From NCBI RefSeq assembly GCF_009914755.1, contig NC_060931.1: DNA of 64,000 bases. One strand, given 5' to 3'. The position numbers and the translations under genes are program-made. Shown in pieces: positions 21,816-45,210 of the stretch; the stretch's first letter is position 1, and each line of letters opens with the position of its first letter. The notes under the pieces were generated by a model that was not told the DNA's origin, did not search any database, and saw nothing but the letters and a program-made list of their open reading frames with translations. This DNA is from the human T2T-CHM13v2.0 reference genome, Homo sapiens.

Positions 21816-22291
21816 GAAAGAGAGACAAGATACAGGTATTCCCAGGGTGCATCTGTGAATTGCTAAGGATATGGCAAGAACAGCTATCTCTCTTCTAAAG
21901 TTTATCCGCTCCCATACAAGGTTTAATTTCTTTCACCAGGATGAAACAGCTTGGGGTACAATGTTGTTGTTAGTATATTTTACTTCTTGTCTCTGTAATC
22001 TTTGGCACTCAATTCTTTCCTTGTTATAATACACATGTTTAACTCATGCATTCTTAACCTTATAAAACTTGTTTTTTTCTCTCATGCCTAGAAACCCTCA
22101 AACTCCAAACCGTCAGGCAACCGGAGCCTCAAACGATGGCTCCCCTTTGCTAGGAACCCTTAGATAGACCTCTGGGAGGAGTCTGACTGCCGTTTTCCCC
22201 AAAACAACGCCCCTGTCAACAGGAAACAGCTAAGACCGGTCATCGTCCATATTCTAGTGGCAGTTAGATGTACCTCTTTAAAGGGGGGATA

Positions 22292-23136
22292 TGATAAGGG
22301 AGTGCTGGGAAGGGAAGAGCGTGGTCCCTTTAAATGATACAGAAGCAGAGAGGGGAAGAGCTGGGTAGAAGAAGGCGGGTTCCTGGCTAGGGCTTCACCC
22401 CCAAGGACCTAGGTGAGGACAGGCACTTCTGCTTTCACGTCCAAATGTTGCAATTTCCAAGACCACCCTGGCCCACCACCACCTGGCCCCATCCTGGGCC
22501 TATAAAAACTGAGACCTTAACAAGGCAGAGACACACAAGCGACTGGACATTGTGAGGAACACATAGGTGGAAGAAGACACAAGCGGCTGATCGTCGAGAG
22601 CACGCAGGCAGAAGAGCACATTGACAGGCACCGGCATGCCCGCAGGCCATCAACTGGTGTAATGACATGGAGTTTGGCTGGGGCAGTCTGAGGAGAGCCT
22701 GGGCTGCCGAGCTGCCCAACTCCAGGGGAAAACAATTTCCCTCTGGCTCCCCTGTCTGCTGAGAGCTACTTCCACTCAATAAAACCTTGCACTCATTCTG
22801 CAAGCCCATGTGTGATCTGATTCTTCTAGTACACCAAGGCAAGAAACCCAGGGATACAGAAAGCCCTCTGTCCTTGAGACAAGGTAGACGGTCTAATTGA
22901 GCTGACTAACACAAGCTGCCTATGGATGGCAAACTAAAAGATCACCCTGTAACACACGCCCACTGGGGCTTCAGAAGTTGTAAACATTCACCCCTAGACA
23001 CTGCCATGGCATCAGAGCCCCACAACCTGCCTGTCTGTATGCTCCCCTAGAGGTGTGAGCAGGGGGGCACCAAAGAAGTGAGCCACATCCCCATCACATG
23101 CCCTGTGAAGAGGACAAGGGAACTTTTCCCGTTTCA
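22292..23136 (+). mobile_element. 3' LTR (LTR1 family)
   Basis: TGATAAGGGAGTGCTGGGAAGGG...CCCGTTTCA; TATAAAA at 22501, AATAAA at 22778-83. Confidence 0.9.
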
Positions 23137-24585
23137 ACTGCATTACAGCAACATAATGAGATACTGTCTCTTTAAAAAAGTCTGAAAACCACTAATCTAC
23201 GGTTCTATTGGCGTGATTCACAGCTGAGAAAACTGGGGCTGCAGGACAGGGTGCTGAGCCAAGACGGGCACTGAGTTCTTTCTCCGGGTCAGAGCAAGCT
23301 CCTTCCTCCTCCACCAGTGTCTTTTCTCCTGACTTGTTTTCTGACCATTCACCCTGGGTTCAGCTTGGAGCAGGGCCTGTGTATTTACTGCTGAGGCCAC
23401 ATTAACTCTTAGCAATGATTAAATTTTGACATCTCAAAACCACACTTCCGAATGTCCCCTTCAGAGGGATGCAATGATAACTCCTGCAGACCTTCAGCAA
23501 AGGGATATTACTTTTGTGCCCCCTTGGTCCCAGTGTAAAAGTGTTGACTGAAATTAAAAAGGGGAAGTGGTTGTAATTCACCAGGGCCTTTCCTCTTAAG
23601 TGGGTCTTGACTTTAATTTCCACCCTCAAGGTGAAGGGCAGAAGGTTTCTCTGCAATTTCACATTAGTTTAACAAATGGTTTAATGAGCACTAAAATCAG
23701 TGCTACCCTATGTTGCCCAACCCCAGGAAGAGTGATTCACATTGAATAGAATGTGGATGCTGCCTGTCCCTGGGATGGTGGGGTTCACAGCTTTGCCTAA
23801 GAAATCTGTTCAGTGTGTACATTAACACAATGCACGGGGGGAAGGTGATTCACACCAATTCATGGGGGAAGGTGATTCACACCAATGCATTGGGGAAGAC
23901 ATCAACCAGGGGAGGAGACGGCCACATAAGGAAAGAAGCATATTGTGATATGGAAGGTAAAACAGAGGTGCAGGGTGGCCTGGAGGAGGAAATGACTGAC
24001 ACTGAGAGGGGTTTAGGGATGTCCTCATGGAGATGGTGACATCTGAGCTGCATTTTGAGACCTCTGCCGAAATCAGTCATGTCACACTGTGTGATTCAGA
24101 GCCACCTGTGTGATTCAGAAGCAGCTGGTGAAAAACACCGTGAAGCTTCCCACTATGGAGAGACCCTCTGACGACAAACTCAGGCCCAACTGATGGCAGA
24201 TCCTGCTCAGCACACATTTGACAAAGCAAAGTTCACCTTGTTAGAAGTTGACACCCCCCACCTGCTCCTGTGCAGAGGTCCTGCATTCTTACACCCTGGC
24301 CAGAAGAGGTGTCAGAGTGGGGCATGGACTCTGTAAGCTGCAAAAGAAGCTGCCTGGGAGGAGTCAGGCTGGAGGTCAGCTTCTACTTTAAATTCTCTAT
24401 GGGACACTGGTAAAACTACAGCCAGGATTCAATTCCAAGAAGGTTATCAGAGAGACAATCCAAGGTTTAGGTGCAAAGATGTTCAGGGCAGCATTGTTTA
24501 TAATTATGAGAAATATAACAATCAGAAAACATTTCCTGAGGACACTATGGTCAGGGAGCAGTTTCTGTGTTTTAAAGGAATAGCC

Positions 24586-24999
24586 TGCTGTGGTTTTGAA
24601 TAGTTGTGTCCCCTCTAAAACTCATGTTGAAACGTAATCCCCAATGCAACAGTGTTAAGAGGTGTGGCCTAATTAGGAGGTGATTGAGTCATGAAGGCTC
24701 TGACAACCTGATGGGATTAGATGCCCTTAGGAAAAGCCCTGGTGGAGGGAGTAAGTTCCCTGGTTGGCCCCTTTGGTTCCTCCCACCTTGTAAGGACACC
24801 ATGTTCCTCCCCTTGGTCGTATGCAGCAATAAGACACCATTTTGGAAGAGCAGACCAGGCTGTCCCCAGGCACTGAACCTGCTGCGACCTTAATCTTGGA
24901 CTTTTCAGCCTCTAGAACTGTTGATAAAATACATTTCTGCTCTTTATAAATTATTCAGTCTCTGGTTTCTTGTTATAGCAGCACAAACAGTCAAAGACA
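24586..24999 (+). mobile_element. MST-type MaLR solo LTR
   Basis: TGCTGTGGTTTTGAAT...AAAGACA with perfect 5-bp TSD TAGCC (24581-85, 25000-04). Confidence 0.88.
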
Positions 25000-25119
25000 T
25001 AGCCTATTGAGACAGGAATTATAATTGTTCCCATTTCCCAGGCAGCAAAACAGGAACTCTAAGAGGGCAGGTTTGAACTCAACCTGCATGGGATTGGCAA
25101 GGTGAAAATGATGGCTTCA

Positions 25120-25606
<487 letters not shown>

Positions 25607-25763
25607 TCACAAGGTCAGGAGATTGAGACCATCCTGGCCAACATGGTGAAACCCCATCTCTACTAAAAATACAAAAATTAGCCAGGCGTGGTGGTGTGCA
25701 CCTGCGGGAGGCTGAGGCAGGAGAATCACTTGAACCCAGGAGGCAGAGGTTGCAGTGAGCCAG

Positions 25764-26514
25764 TGAGAGGTGAAGCCAGCTGGATTTCCTGGGTTGAGTG
25801 GGGACTTGGACAACTTTTCTGTCCAGCTAAAGTATTGTAAACACACCAATCAGCCCTCAGTGTCTAGCTAAAGGATTGTAAACACACCAATCGGCACTCT
25901 GTAAAAATGCACCAATCAGCGCTCTGTGTCTAGCTAAAGGATTGTACACGCACCAATCACAGCTCTGTAAAATGGACTAACCAGTGCTCTGTAAAATGGA
26001 CCCATCAGTGCTCCGTAAAATGGACCAATCAGCAGGACGTGGGTGGGGCCAAATAAGGGAATAAAAGCTGGCCACCAGAGCCAGCAGCAGCAACCTGCTC
26101 AGGTCCCCTTCCAGGCTGTAGAAGCTTTGTTCTTTTGCTCTTCACAATAAATCTTGCTGCTGTTCATTCTTTGGGTCCACACTACCTTTATGAGCTGTAA
26201 CACTCACCATGAGGGTCTGTGGCTTCATTCCTGAAGTCAGTGAGACCACGAACCCACCAAGAGGAACAAACAACTCTGGACACGCCACCGTTAAGAGTTG
26301 TAACACTCACTGCGAAGGTCCGTGGCTTCACTTCTGAGGTCAGTGAGACCACGAACCCACCAGAAGGAAGAAACTCCGGACACATCTGAACATCTGAAGG
26401 AACAAACTTCGGACACATCTTTAAGAGCTGTAACACTCACTGCAAGGGTCTGCAGCTTCATTCTTGAAGTCATAGAGACCAAGAACCCACCAGAAAGAAT
26501 AAATTCTGGACACA
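25764..26514 (+). mobile_element. LTR12 (ERV9) solo LTR, short type, inserted into an AluS (25547-25763 + 26515-26580)
   Basis: TGAGAGGTGAAGCCAGCTGG start, repeated CCAATC boxes, GAGCTGTAACACTCAC U5 repeats, GGACACA end; the Alu resumes GAGATCGTGCCATTGCACTCC. Confidence 0.92.
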
Positions 26515-26766
26515 TGGAGATCGTGCCATTGCACTCCAGCCTGGAGGCAGAGGGAGACTCTGTCTCGAAAAAAAAAAAAAGGAACCTTGCAAGAAGTAAA
26601 CATGTTAATGGTGACAACCAGGATTGTCCCTTGGGGGTAGGATTACTGGCAATTGTTAAGGCACCTTAGACTTTTCCTTCATTTTCTAGTTTCCCACTGT
26701 GGGGTTACATTACTTTCATGATGTGAAAAACCCATGCTACTTGCCAATGACTTAAATTATATATTC

Positions 26767-29114
<2,348 letters not shown>

Positions 29115-29141
29115 TTAAAAAGAAAAAGAAACCTGGAACAT

Positions 29142-30140
<999 letters not shown>

Positions 30141-30751
30141 ATGAAGCAAAAATACAGACATGAAGCATGAAGTATACATTTGCTTTAATTATCTATGTAT
30201 GCTCTATGCCACATCTGCCATGTACTACTTTAAAGCCATGTACAGGCCTGTACAGGGACACTCAGCACAGTGTCACATATGTAGATCTAAGCACCTGAGT
30301 CATTTTCAAGGACACTTGCTTTTGGGGTCCCAGAGCCTAGGACAGTCATTTGAATCTGCTGTACACACGTTCTCAAAAACACCCACCCCAAGTGGTGTGT
30401 TTACTGATCATGCCATCTCAGAGTGAATGTCACCGCCAACCTAACCAGAGATACACAGCGAGTGCCCTCCAGGAAGGTCCTTAACCTTTCCAGCATCCTT
30501 AGATGATCTGTTCTTGCTCCATCAAACAAGTGAGCAGAGGAATGTGGCCCTCAGAACAATTGCATCCAGGGAGCGAAGACTGAATCTGGTCTCAGGCAGG
30601 GTAAAGATTTGTCTCCGCCTCACTCTCCCTGAGTGGTCAGAAAGCGGCCCTGTGATGGTGAGCAGTCTAAAGGTGGAGGTGCGTGCAAGTGCCCGGTGTG
30701 AGCAGGTCAGCCCCGCGCTGGTCAGCTCTTCACTGACTCCCTCCACTGCAG

Positions 30752-30823
30752 ATCTGGAAGTGTGGGTGCTGTACTCAGACAGGAATGTCATCAAGCCGAA
30801 GAGCACCTTCTACTGGAGTTCAG
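30752..30823 (+). ncRNA. Candidate 72-nt internal exon of a plus-strand lncRNA
   Basis: Branch-like CACTGAC, pyrimidine tract and CAG| acceptor; CAG|GTAAGG donor; unique sequence. Splice-site motifs only. Confidence 0.4.
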
Positions 30824-31237
30824 GTAAGGTTTTTGCTCCAGACATTTTTCATCTGTAGAATGTTAATATCTAGACATTAAACATTCATATAATCATAAGA
30901 GTTTTCCAGGCCCCCTATATATGCAAATGGTAAATAACTTAATTATAGTCAGAAAATCGATAGGTGAAAGTAAAAAGTTCCATTTATAATGTTACTGAGA
31001 TTAGTAACATTCAGAAATTGAAAATCTGCTTTTAGATTTTTTCCCAACAAATTTTATCTATGAAGTAAAATAGGTTCCTCGGCTCCCTTCTCTTGAAGGC
31101 AGAGTAAATGAATATTTATAAGTCACTTTTCACATCCTTACAGGGCACTTCACAACCCTTGTTTTATTAGGGACAAAGCACTCTGTAGTGAGAAATAATC
31201 AGTGTTGCGATGTTGGTCATCCTTATGTGCCTATTAT

Positions 31238-32324
<1,087 letters not shown>

Positions 32325-33769
32325 TCACCACATCCCCCACCTACCTTCCCTCCACACATTTCCTAACTTGCCCCACGTCAAAGAGTTATCAGTAACTATA
32401 CCACAGTTGTTTTGATGATTGCAAAGAGCAAGAATGGGAATAAATCCCTTCTTGATGTCTCAGCCCTCATGTGGATTTGGCGGAGGCCAAGAGCTGGCTT
32501 CATCAGCTTCTGTTTATGAGCAGAGCTTCCAAGGCCTGTCTGTGCAGAGAGAGCTTGAATACATCCCAGGAAAGACCACGAGTGAGGCGCTCATTCAGCA
32601 GAAGGGTTTTACAGAATGGCTTGGAATATGTGAAGGCCCACGGAGCTGGAGCGGAGGGAGCCAGGCATCAGTTGCCCTGTCTGAACCTTCAAGAAGGCTG
32701 AGGGCTCTGCCTTCCTTGTTCATCTAACTCTGCAAGTTTTGGGGACAGGGAAAAAGTGTTACTATTTCCACAGCTGATCCAGTTCTTACAAAGCCTCGAG
32801 CTTGGAAAGAAAGAGAGGGAGAAAACCTTCAGCCCTATCACTGATTTCAGAGTGCAGAGCAGGCTGCCAGGGGCTCTCCAGGCAAAGGCAGCGGCAGTGG
32901 CCTCCCTATTGCCCTGCTGGGAGCAGGCTCATCCCTCACCATCCCTCCTCTTCTCATTTCTACCCCCAGGAGCTCAGTTAGTTGCTGCTGGCTCGTTTCT
33001 ATTTACACAACTGGAAAAGTAATGTGTGGTCTCTCCCAAACAGTTGGGCGATCTGTGTAATTATGCAACAGTAGAAAACAGCAGCTCTGTTTGGAAAGCA
33101 GGGTTATGATCTCCTAGCTGGGGATTGTTTATGGAGATGAATCTCATGGCAGGCTCAATTTCCTTAAGCAGCTCCTCTCCCTGCCAGGTCAGGTCCTTCC
33201 CTGGTCACAGACTGCACTGTCTTCTGGAGTCTTGGCTGTCCTGGACATAAGCCATTTCTAGTGAGTGGTATGTACCACCTTCCATTCTGCAGTTCTAAGG
33301 AGGAATCTGGAAGCATTCACAGCTAATCGTCTCTATGGGTGCCCCCACTACCGTGCCCCTCTGCCCCGGGAACACACAGCTATTGCCATTTGCCTCACAC
33401 CAGCCCTCTTCCAGTTCCAAAACGTTCAAAGTGATTGCTCGGCAAGAGAAAGGTTGCCTATCCTGCACGAGGCGCTGTGTTTCTCCAGCTCTATAATATA
33501 CTGGTGGTTTACAATGTCACCATCAGGAACAATTCCCGGCAGAGGGTAATCGGCCAAAAGGACAAGTCAAATCAACACAGGCAAACAGCCAAGCCCAGGT
33601 GGCAGGGTCGGTCTGCAGAGGAGGCTGAGCATTTATATGGAGGCCTGAAGGTTTGTCCTTGAAAAGGCAAATTGTCTAGATATCAGGTTAGCATCTGGTG
33701 GGTGTGTTGAAGAATTACAAGCTGGTAGTTAAAGGGCAATTGCTTTTCCTTGAGACAAAAATGGCCTAA

Positions 33770-35098
<1,329 letters not shown>

Positions 35099-35603
35099 AC
35101 ATTGCAGATTTTTTATTTCTAATTATTGTGGATAATACTGTGGTGAATAACTTGCTATCAAATGCATTTCTCACACACTCCCATTTTTTGGATTATATTT
35201 TAATATACTTTTTTTCTCACATGGAAGAGTACTAGGACAAACATTATGAAAACTCTGGAAAAACACTTTAAAGAGGTGGATTTTTTTTTTTTTTTCCTTA
35301 GGACAGCAGAGGTCGGACCTTTCCTCTTCCCCGCACCAACACCAGCTCCATGTGCATTTATTGTTGGATTTTAACACCCGTGTCCTCCCTCCCTCTCCCC
35401 AGTGTTCTTTCACAGCTTTGCCCACTGGCAAAGATGGATATCTTGTTGTATAAAATGGAAAAAAGCAGAAATTGTGAAGATTAGACCTACCTTCCTTCCT
35501 TCCTTCCTTCCTTCTTTTCCTTCCTCCCTTTCTCCCTCTCCCTCCTTCCCTCTTTCTTTCTTTTTGCAAAGATTAGGATTCTCTCTGGGTTTTCTAGAAA
35601 GCA

Positions 35604-38710
<3,107 letters not shown>

Positions 38711-38744
38711 AGGCCTTGGAAGGAGCGTGCCTGAGCCAGATAGT

Positions 38745-39110
38745 ACCAGCCTCCAGGAACTGATCATTAAATGTTCAAAAATGTTGGGGTGCCTGTTAAT
38801 CACAGGCACCATTAAGATTTAACAAAAACTTACAGTTACATTGTATTAAAATCAAAGGCAATATATTCTTTGTCACTTCCAAATGATTTTTTACCATATA
38901 TTACTGTTATTTATGCTTTTGGAGTTATTTACATCGATCTTATCTATAGAGTGGAAATACCATTAATGGTGTGTTAATGCACATGTCTTTCCAGCTTCAT
39001 GTTCAGTGACATCATCTTAGTAGCCTGAAACCCACCATGGGCATATTTACACCCCAGCAAGTGGCAGTTGTACAAATCAAAGCCTTAATATTTTTTTCCA
39101 GTTGTAAAAT
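38745..39110. mobile_element. MER63-like hAT DNA transposon fragment
   Basis: TTCAGTGACATCA..GTAGCCTGAAA..CCATGG..TATTTACACC..TACAAATCA matches recalled MER63 consensus. Confidence 0.5.
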
Positions 39111-39128
39111 TTTGTTTAAAGAAATCTT

Positions 39129-40088
<960 letters not shown>

Positions 40089-40370
40089 AGGCTAAACTTG
40101 ATGGAACAATATCTACTGGTGCCTGTTGGCCATTTCCTACTAGTCAGAGTGGTCATGACTGCTTTCTAGATGCAAGGGAGGTCCTCTGTGGGAGGACAGC
40201 GCTGTGTGAGAGCACGTGAATGGGATACATACATCACGGCAGCCCTCTTTGGGGAGTCACAACCTGCCACGGGGATAGTGGAAGAATTGATGTAATTTAT
40301 GGAAAGTGTTTTACCTAGTATGGAGGATATGAATTCTTCAATAAATGGCAGCTAGTTATTATTACATATC

Positions 40371-41060
<690 letters not shown>

Positions 41061-41148
41061 TGCCTATGTATCTTTACTTGTATGGCAGGAAAACTCTGGG
41101 ATATGGGGTTCCATGAGCCTGTTGGCACCACAAAATGGTACTTGCTAT

Positions 41149-41955
41149 TGAGATGGAAGTGGGGAAGGGAAGGGCGTGGTCCCTTTAAATGATACGGAAG
41201 GTAAGTGCTGGGTAGAGGAGGGCATGGTTCCTGGCTAAGGCTCTACTCCCAGGCCTGCGCCTATGGACCTAGGTGAGGACAGGCATTTTTTGTTTTCCTG
41301 CCCAAATGTTGCATTTCCCAAGACCACCCTGGCCTGCCATGCCCCCATCCTGTGCCTGTAAAAATCCGGAGACCCTAGCAGGCAGACACACAAGCAGCTG
41401 GACGTCAAGAGGAACACATAGGCAGCTGGACTTCCAGAGGAACTCACTGACGGGCACTGCCATACTGGCAGGCCACCGATCAGCAGAACAACAGGGAGTT
41501 TGGCTGGGGTGGTCAGAGGAGAGCCCAGGCTGCCGTGTGACCCGGCTCCAGGGGAAAACCAATCCACCTTCTGGCTCTCCCATCCGCTGAAAGCTACTTT
41601 CACTCAAGAAAACCTTGCATTCATTCTCCAAGCCCACATGTGACACGATTCTTCCAGTACACCAAGGCAAGAACCCAAGATACAGAAAGCTCTCTGTCCT
41701 TGCAATAAGGCAAGGGTCTAATTGAGCTAACACAAGTCGCCTATGGATGGCTAAACTACAAGAGCTCTCTGTGACATATGCCCACTGAGGCTTCAGCTGT
41801 AAACATTCACCCCTAAGCGCTGCTGTGGGGTTGGAGCCCCACAGCCTGCCCATCTGTATGCTCCCATAGAGGTCTGAGCAGTGGGGCACTGAAGAAGCAA
41901 GCCACTCCTCCATCACATGCCCTGCGAGGGGGACAAGGGAACTGTTTCCATTTCA
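41149..41955 (+). mobile_element. Solo LTR1-family LTR
   Basis: Colinear with the proviral LTRs; TG...CA; flanks CTAT/CAAT. Confidence 0.9.
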
Positions 41956-42320
41956 CAATCATCTGAATGTTTGTGCCTTCCCAGCCCCCAAATTCATTTT
42001 GAAACCCTAACTCCTAAAGTAGTGATATTAAGAGGTGGGGCCTCTGGGAGGTGATTAGGTCTTGAGGATGGAGCCTCATGAATGGGATTAGTGCCCTTAG
42101 AAAAGAGACCCCAAAGAGCTCCCTTGGCCCTTCCACCACTGAGGATGGAGCAAGAAAGTACCATCTATGAACCAGAAAGCAGGCCCTCACCAGATACCAA
42201 ATCTGCTGGCACCTTGATCTTGGACTTCCAGCTTCCAGAACTGTGAGCAATACATTTCTGTTGTCTATAAGCCACCCAGGCTATGGTATTTTGTTACAAC
42301 AGCCTGAAGGAACAAAGACA
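41956..42320 (+). mobile_element. MLT1A-type MaLR LTR (its first bases TGCTAT lie at 41143-48, split off by the LTR1)
   Basis: TCTGAATGTTTGTG..AAATTCAT..GAAACCCTAA; ends AAAGACA. Confidence 0.8.
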
Positions 42321-42930
42321 GTAAACCACTGGAAGAAAAAGTCTGAGTCTTAGTTATTCATTTGCATCCCCAAAGCCTAGCATACAAGCTAAGTACAATA
42401 AATTTCTGTTGAATGAGAAATTTTCTGTATATCTCAAAGCTCATCTGAAGCAGCTGATAAAGGTCTCAGGTTTTTTAAAAAGCTGGAGATATTGGGGTAC
42501 ACCAAGCTACAATAATTCCAGCTGCAGATGTCTCCAGGATTACCTTGTGGGTATTCCATCCATCCGTGTGAAGGCATCATCTCAGCCAGTTCCTGAGCAT
42601 GTGTCTGTCTTTATAAACAAAAGCAAATAATAAAGCCTAAAGTAAACATCTTTTAAAGACTTAAATATGACTGCTTTTGGATAATTGACCAACTTTTCTG
42701 GTCTCCCATGGCCAAGTTGGGGGATAAGGATGCTAAGAACCCTCCTCATGGACCCCATCTACTTCCAGGCCCTCCTCTCTCCATGCTCCCACCCTTGGCT
42801 TCAGCCCTGACAACACTGCACAGTCCTGTCTCTCCCCCATATCTTTACCTGCTGGCACGTCCTTCCCCAGCTTGGGATGTGCTTCCTCCCACTCCACTGT
42901 GTTGAGCTAACTTCTAGTCTCCCACTGACA

Positions 42931-43198
42931 TTTTCTTTTTTTTTTTGAGACAGAGTCTCACTCTGTTGCTGCCCAGGCTGGAGTGCAGTGGCACAATCTC
43001 CTGTTCACTGCAACCTCTGCTTCTCGAGTAGCTGGGACTACAGGCATACACCACCACACCCAGCCAGTTTTTGTATTTTTAGTAGAGACAGCTTCACCAT
43101 GTTGACCAGGCTGGTCTGGAACTCCTGACCTCAAGTGATCCACCCACCTTGGCCTCCCAAAGTGCTGGGATTACAGATGTGAGCCACGGTGCCCGGCC
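42931..43198 (-). mobile_element. AluS with internal deletion
   Basis: Reverse Alu lacking part of the right arm. Confidence 0.9.
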
Positions 43199-43242
43199 CC
43201 TCCTGTTGACATTTGACTGCAGCTTCCCTTCTCCTGCCCCAG

Positions 43243-43556
43243 GCTGACGTCCATGTCCACCTCCTGGGCTCCCACTGACTTGCACTGAGCCGCAGATTCA
43301 CCCGCATGGTGGTCTACAGACTCGCCTGCACGCAGGAGGACATCAGGCACCTTGCTTGCTGCATGGGGAGAATCACACAGGAGCCCAGGAGGGCAGCAGC
43401 TCCAGGACCTGGTGTCCTTCCTGTGGTTCTTGTTGAACATCTTGGGCTGGCTTCTCATGGTGATGGAGAAGCTTGTAGCAGCTCTGGCCTTCCCACCCTC
43501 ACAACAATGGCCAGGGGCCATAGAAGATGTGTCCTGTCCCTGATCACACAGTCAAG
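43243..43556 (+). ncRNA. Candidate lncRNA exon
   Basis: CTTCCCTTCTCCTGCCCCAG| acceptor and CAAG|GTGAGG donor in unique sequence. Motifs only. Confidence 0.35.
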
Positions 43557-43968
43557 GTGAGGAAAATATCCCCAGAGGCCACTACAGCAGACTTACCTCT
43601 ATTTGTTCATAGCGCGCGAGGGGCTGAGTGAGCCCCACACCCCGAGCCACAGAACCACAAGTTCCTGAACAAAACTGGGTTATCTTAGCAAGGAACGAAG
43701 TGATGGCTGTGAGACAGGCCACCGGTGGCCGCGTCACAGAGCCTTGGGGACAGTGGAGCCAGCCAGGGTGTGGGGCCAAACAGTAATGGTAGGAGAACTT
43801 GTCTCAGGCCTCGGTGCAGCCCAGCCAGTTACCCAACAAGGCCCAGGGCTGGCAAGAAGCAGGACTTGAAAGAGGGTCATACAGGGTGGGGCCAGAGCTC
43901 CGTAAATCCCCCTAGGGAAGGACACATTTATTTCCTACTGGCGCAGCAAGTTGTGGGATCAAGAAGAT

Positions 43969-44815
43969 TGAAGAAAAGGTTCCCTGTCCCCCTCGCAGGG
44001 TGTGTGATGGGGTTGTGGTTCACTGCTTCAGTGTCCCACTGCTCAAACCTCTAGGGGAGTGTACAGATGGGCAGGTTGCGGGGCTCCGACCCCACAGCAG
44101 CCTCTAGGGATCAATGTTTACAGCTCCTGAAGCCCCAGTGGGCATGTGTTACAGGGAGCTCTTTTAGTTCAGCCGTCCGTAGGCGGCTTGTGTTAATCAG
44201 CTCAATTAGACTCCCTTCCTTATCACACGGACAGAGGGCTTTCTGTATCCTGGGGTTTCTTGTCTTGGTGTACCGGAAGAATTGGATCATGGGTGGGCTT
44301 GGAGAATGAGTGCAAGGTTCTATTGAGTAGAAGTAGCCCTCAGCAGATGGGGGAGCCAGAAGGGAGATGGTTTTTGCCTGCAGTCAGGCCACTTGGCCGC
44401 CCCAGCTCTCCTCTGACTGCTCCAGCCAAACTCCGCCTCATTCTGCCAGTCGATGGCCAGCATGTCGGCATCTGTTGATGTGCTCTTCTGCTGGCATGCT
44501 CCCTCGACGTTCTCTCAATATCCGGCCGCCTGTGTCTTCTTCTGCTGATCTGCTCCTCTCCACATCCAGCGGCTTGTGTGTCTGCCTGGTAGGGTCTTGG
44601 GGTTTTTTATAGGCACAGGATGGGGGCGTGGCAGGCCAGGGTGGTCTCAGGAAATGCAACATTTGCATGCAAAGGCAGGAGCGGTTGTCCTCACCTAGGT
44701 CTGTGGGGGTGGAGCCCTAACCAGGGATCATGCCCTCCTATACCCAGCACTTCCCTTTCCCCTTCCGTATCATTTAAAGGGACCACACTCTTCCCTTCCC
44801 AGCACTTCCGTATCA
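43969..44815 (-). mobile_element. Solo LTR1-family LTR
   Basis: Reverse complement of the other LTR1 copies; ends CCCAGCACTTCCGTATCA; TATAAAA intact on the minus strand at 44605-11. Confidence 0.9.
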
Positions 44816-44929
44816 ATTGGGGCAGAGGGCTCCATAGGCAAGGCCTTCCCTCAAACAGTGCTGATGTCTGAAGAGTTCATCTTGAGTTGAACTGGAGAGA
44901 TGCTGTCTTCTTTTAGTTGTTCTGTTGTC

Positions 44930-45210
44930 CCTCTCTAACTTCCTTCCTTCCTCTCTACATGTATCTCCTTCCATCTCTCCCCATCCCACTTCCTCTCTTC
45001 CACTTCTCTCTCTCCCTCCCTTCCTGTCTCCATTCCCTCCCACCTCCCTCCCTCTCTCCCTTCCTCTGTCTCTCCAGCTTTCTCTCTTTCCATTTTTCTC
45101 TTTCTCCCTCCTCCCCCTTCCTCTACCACCCCTTCTTTCCCTCCCTTCCCCCCCAACCTTCCTCTCTCTCTTCTTCTCTCCCTCTCTCTCTATCTCCTAC
45201 TTTATCTTCC
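44930..45210 (+). repeat. CT-rich polypyrimidine tract
   Basis: Almost only C/T. Confidence 0.9.
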
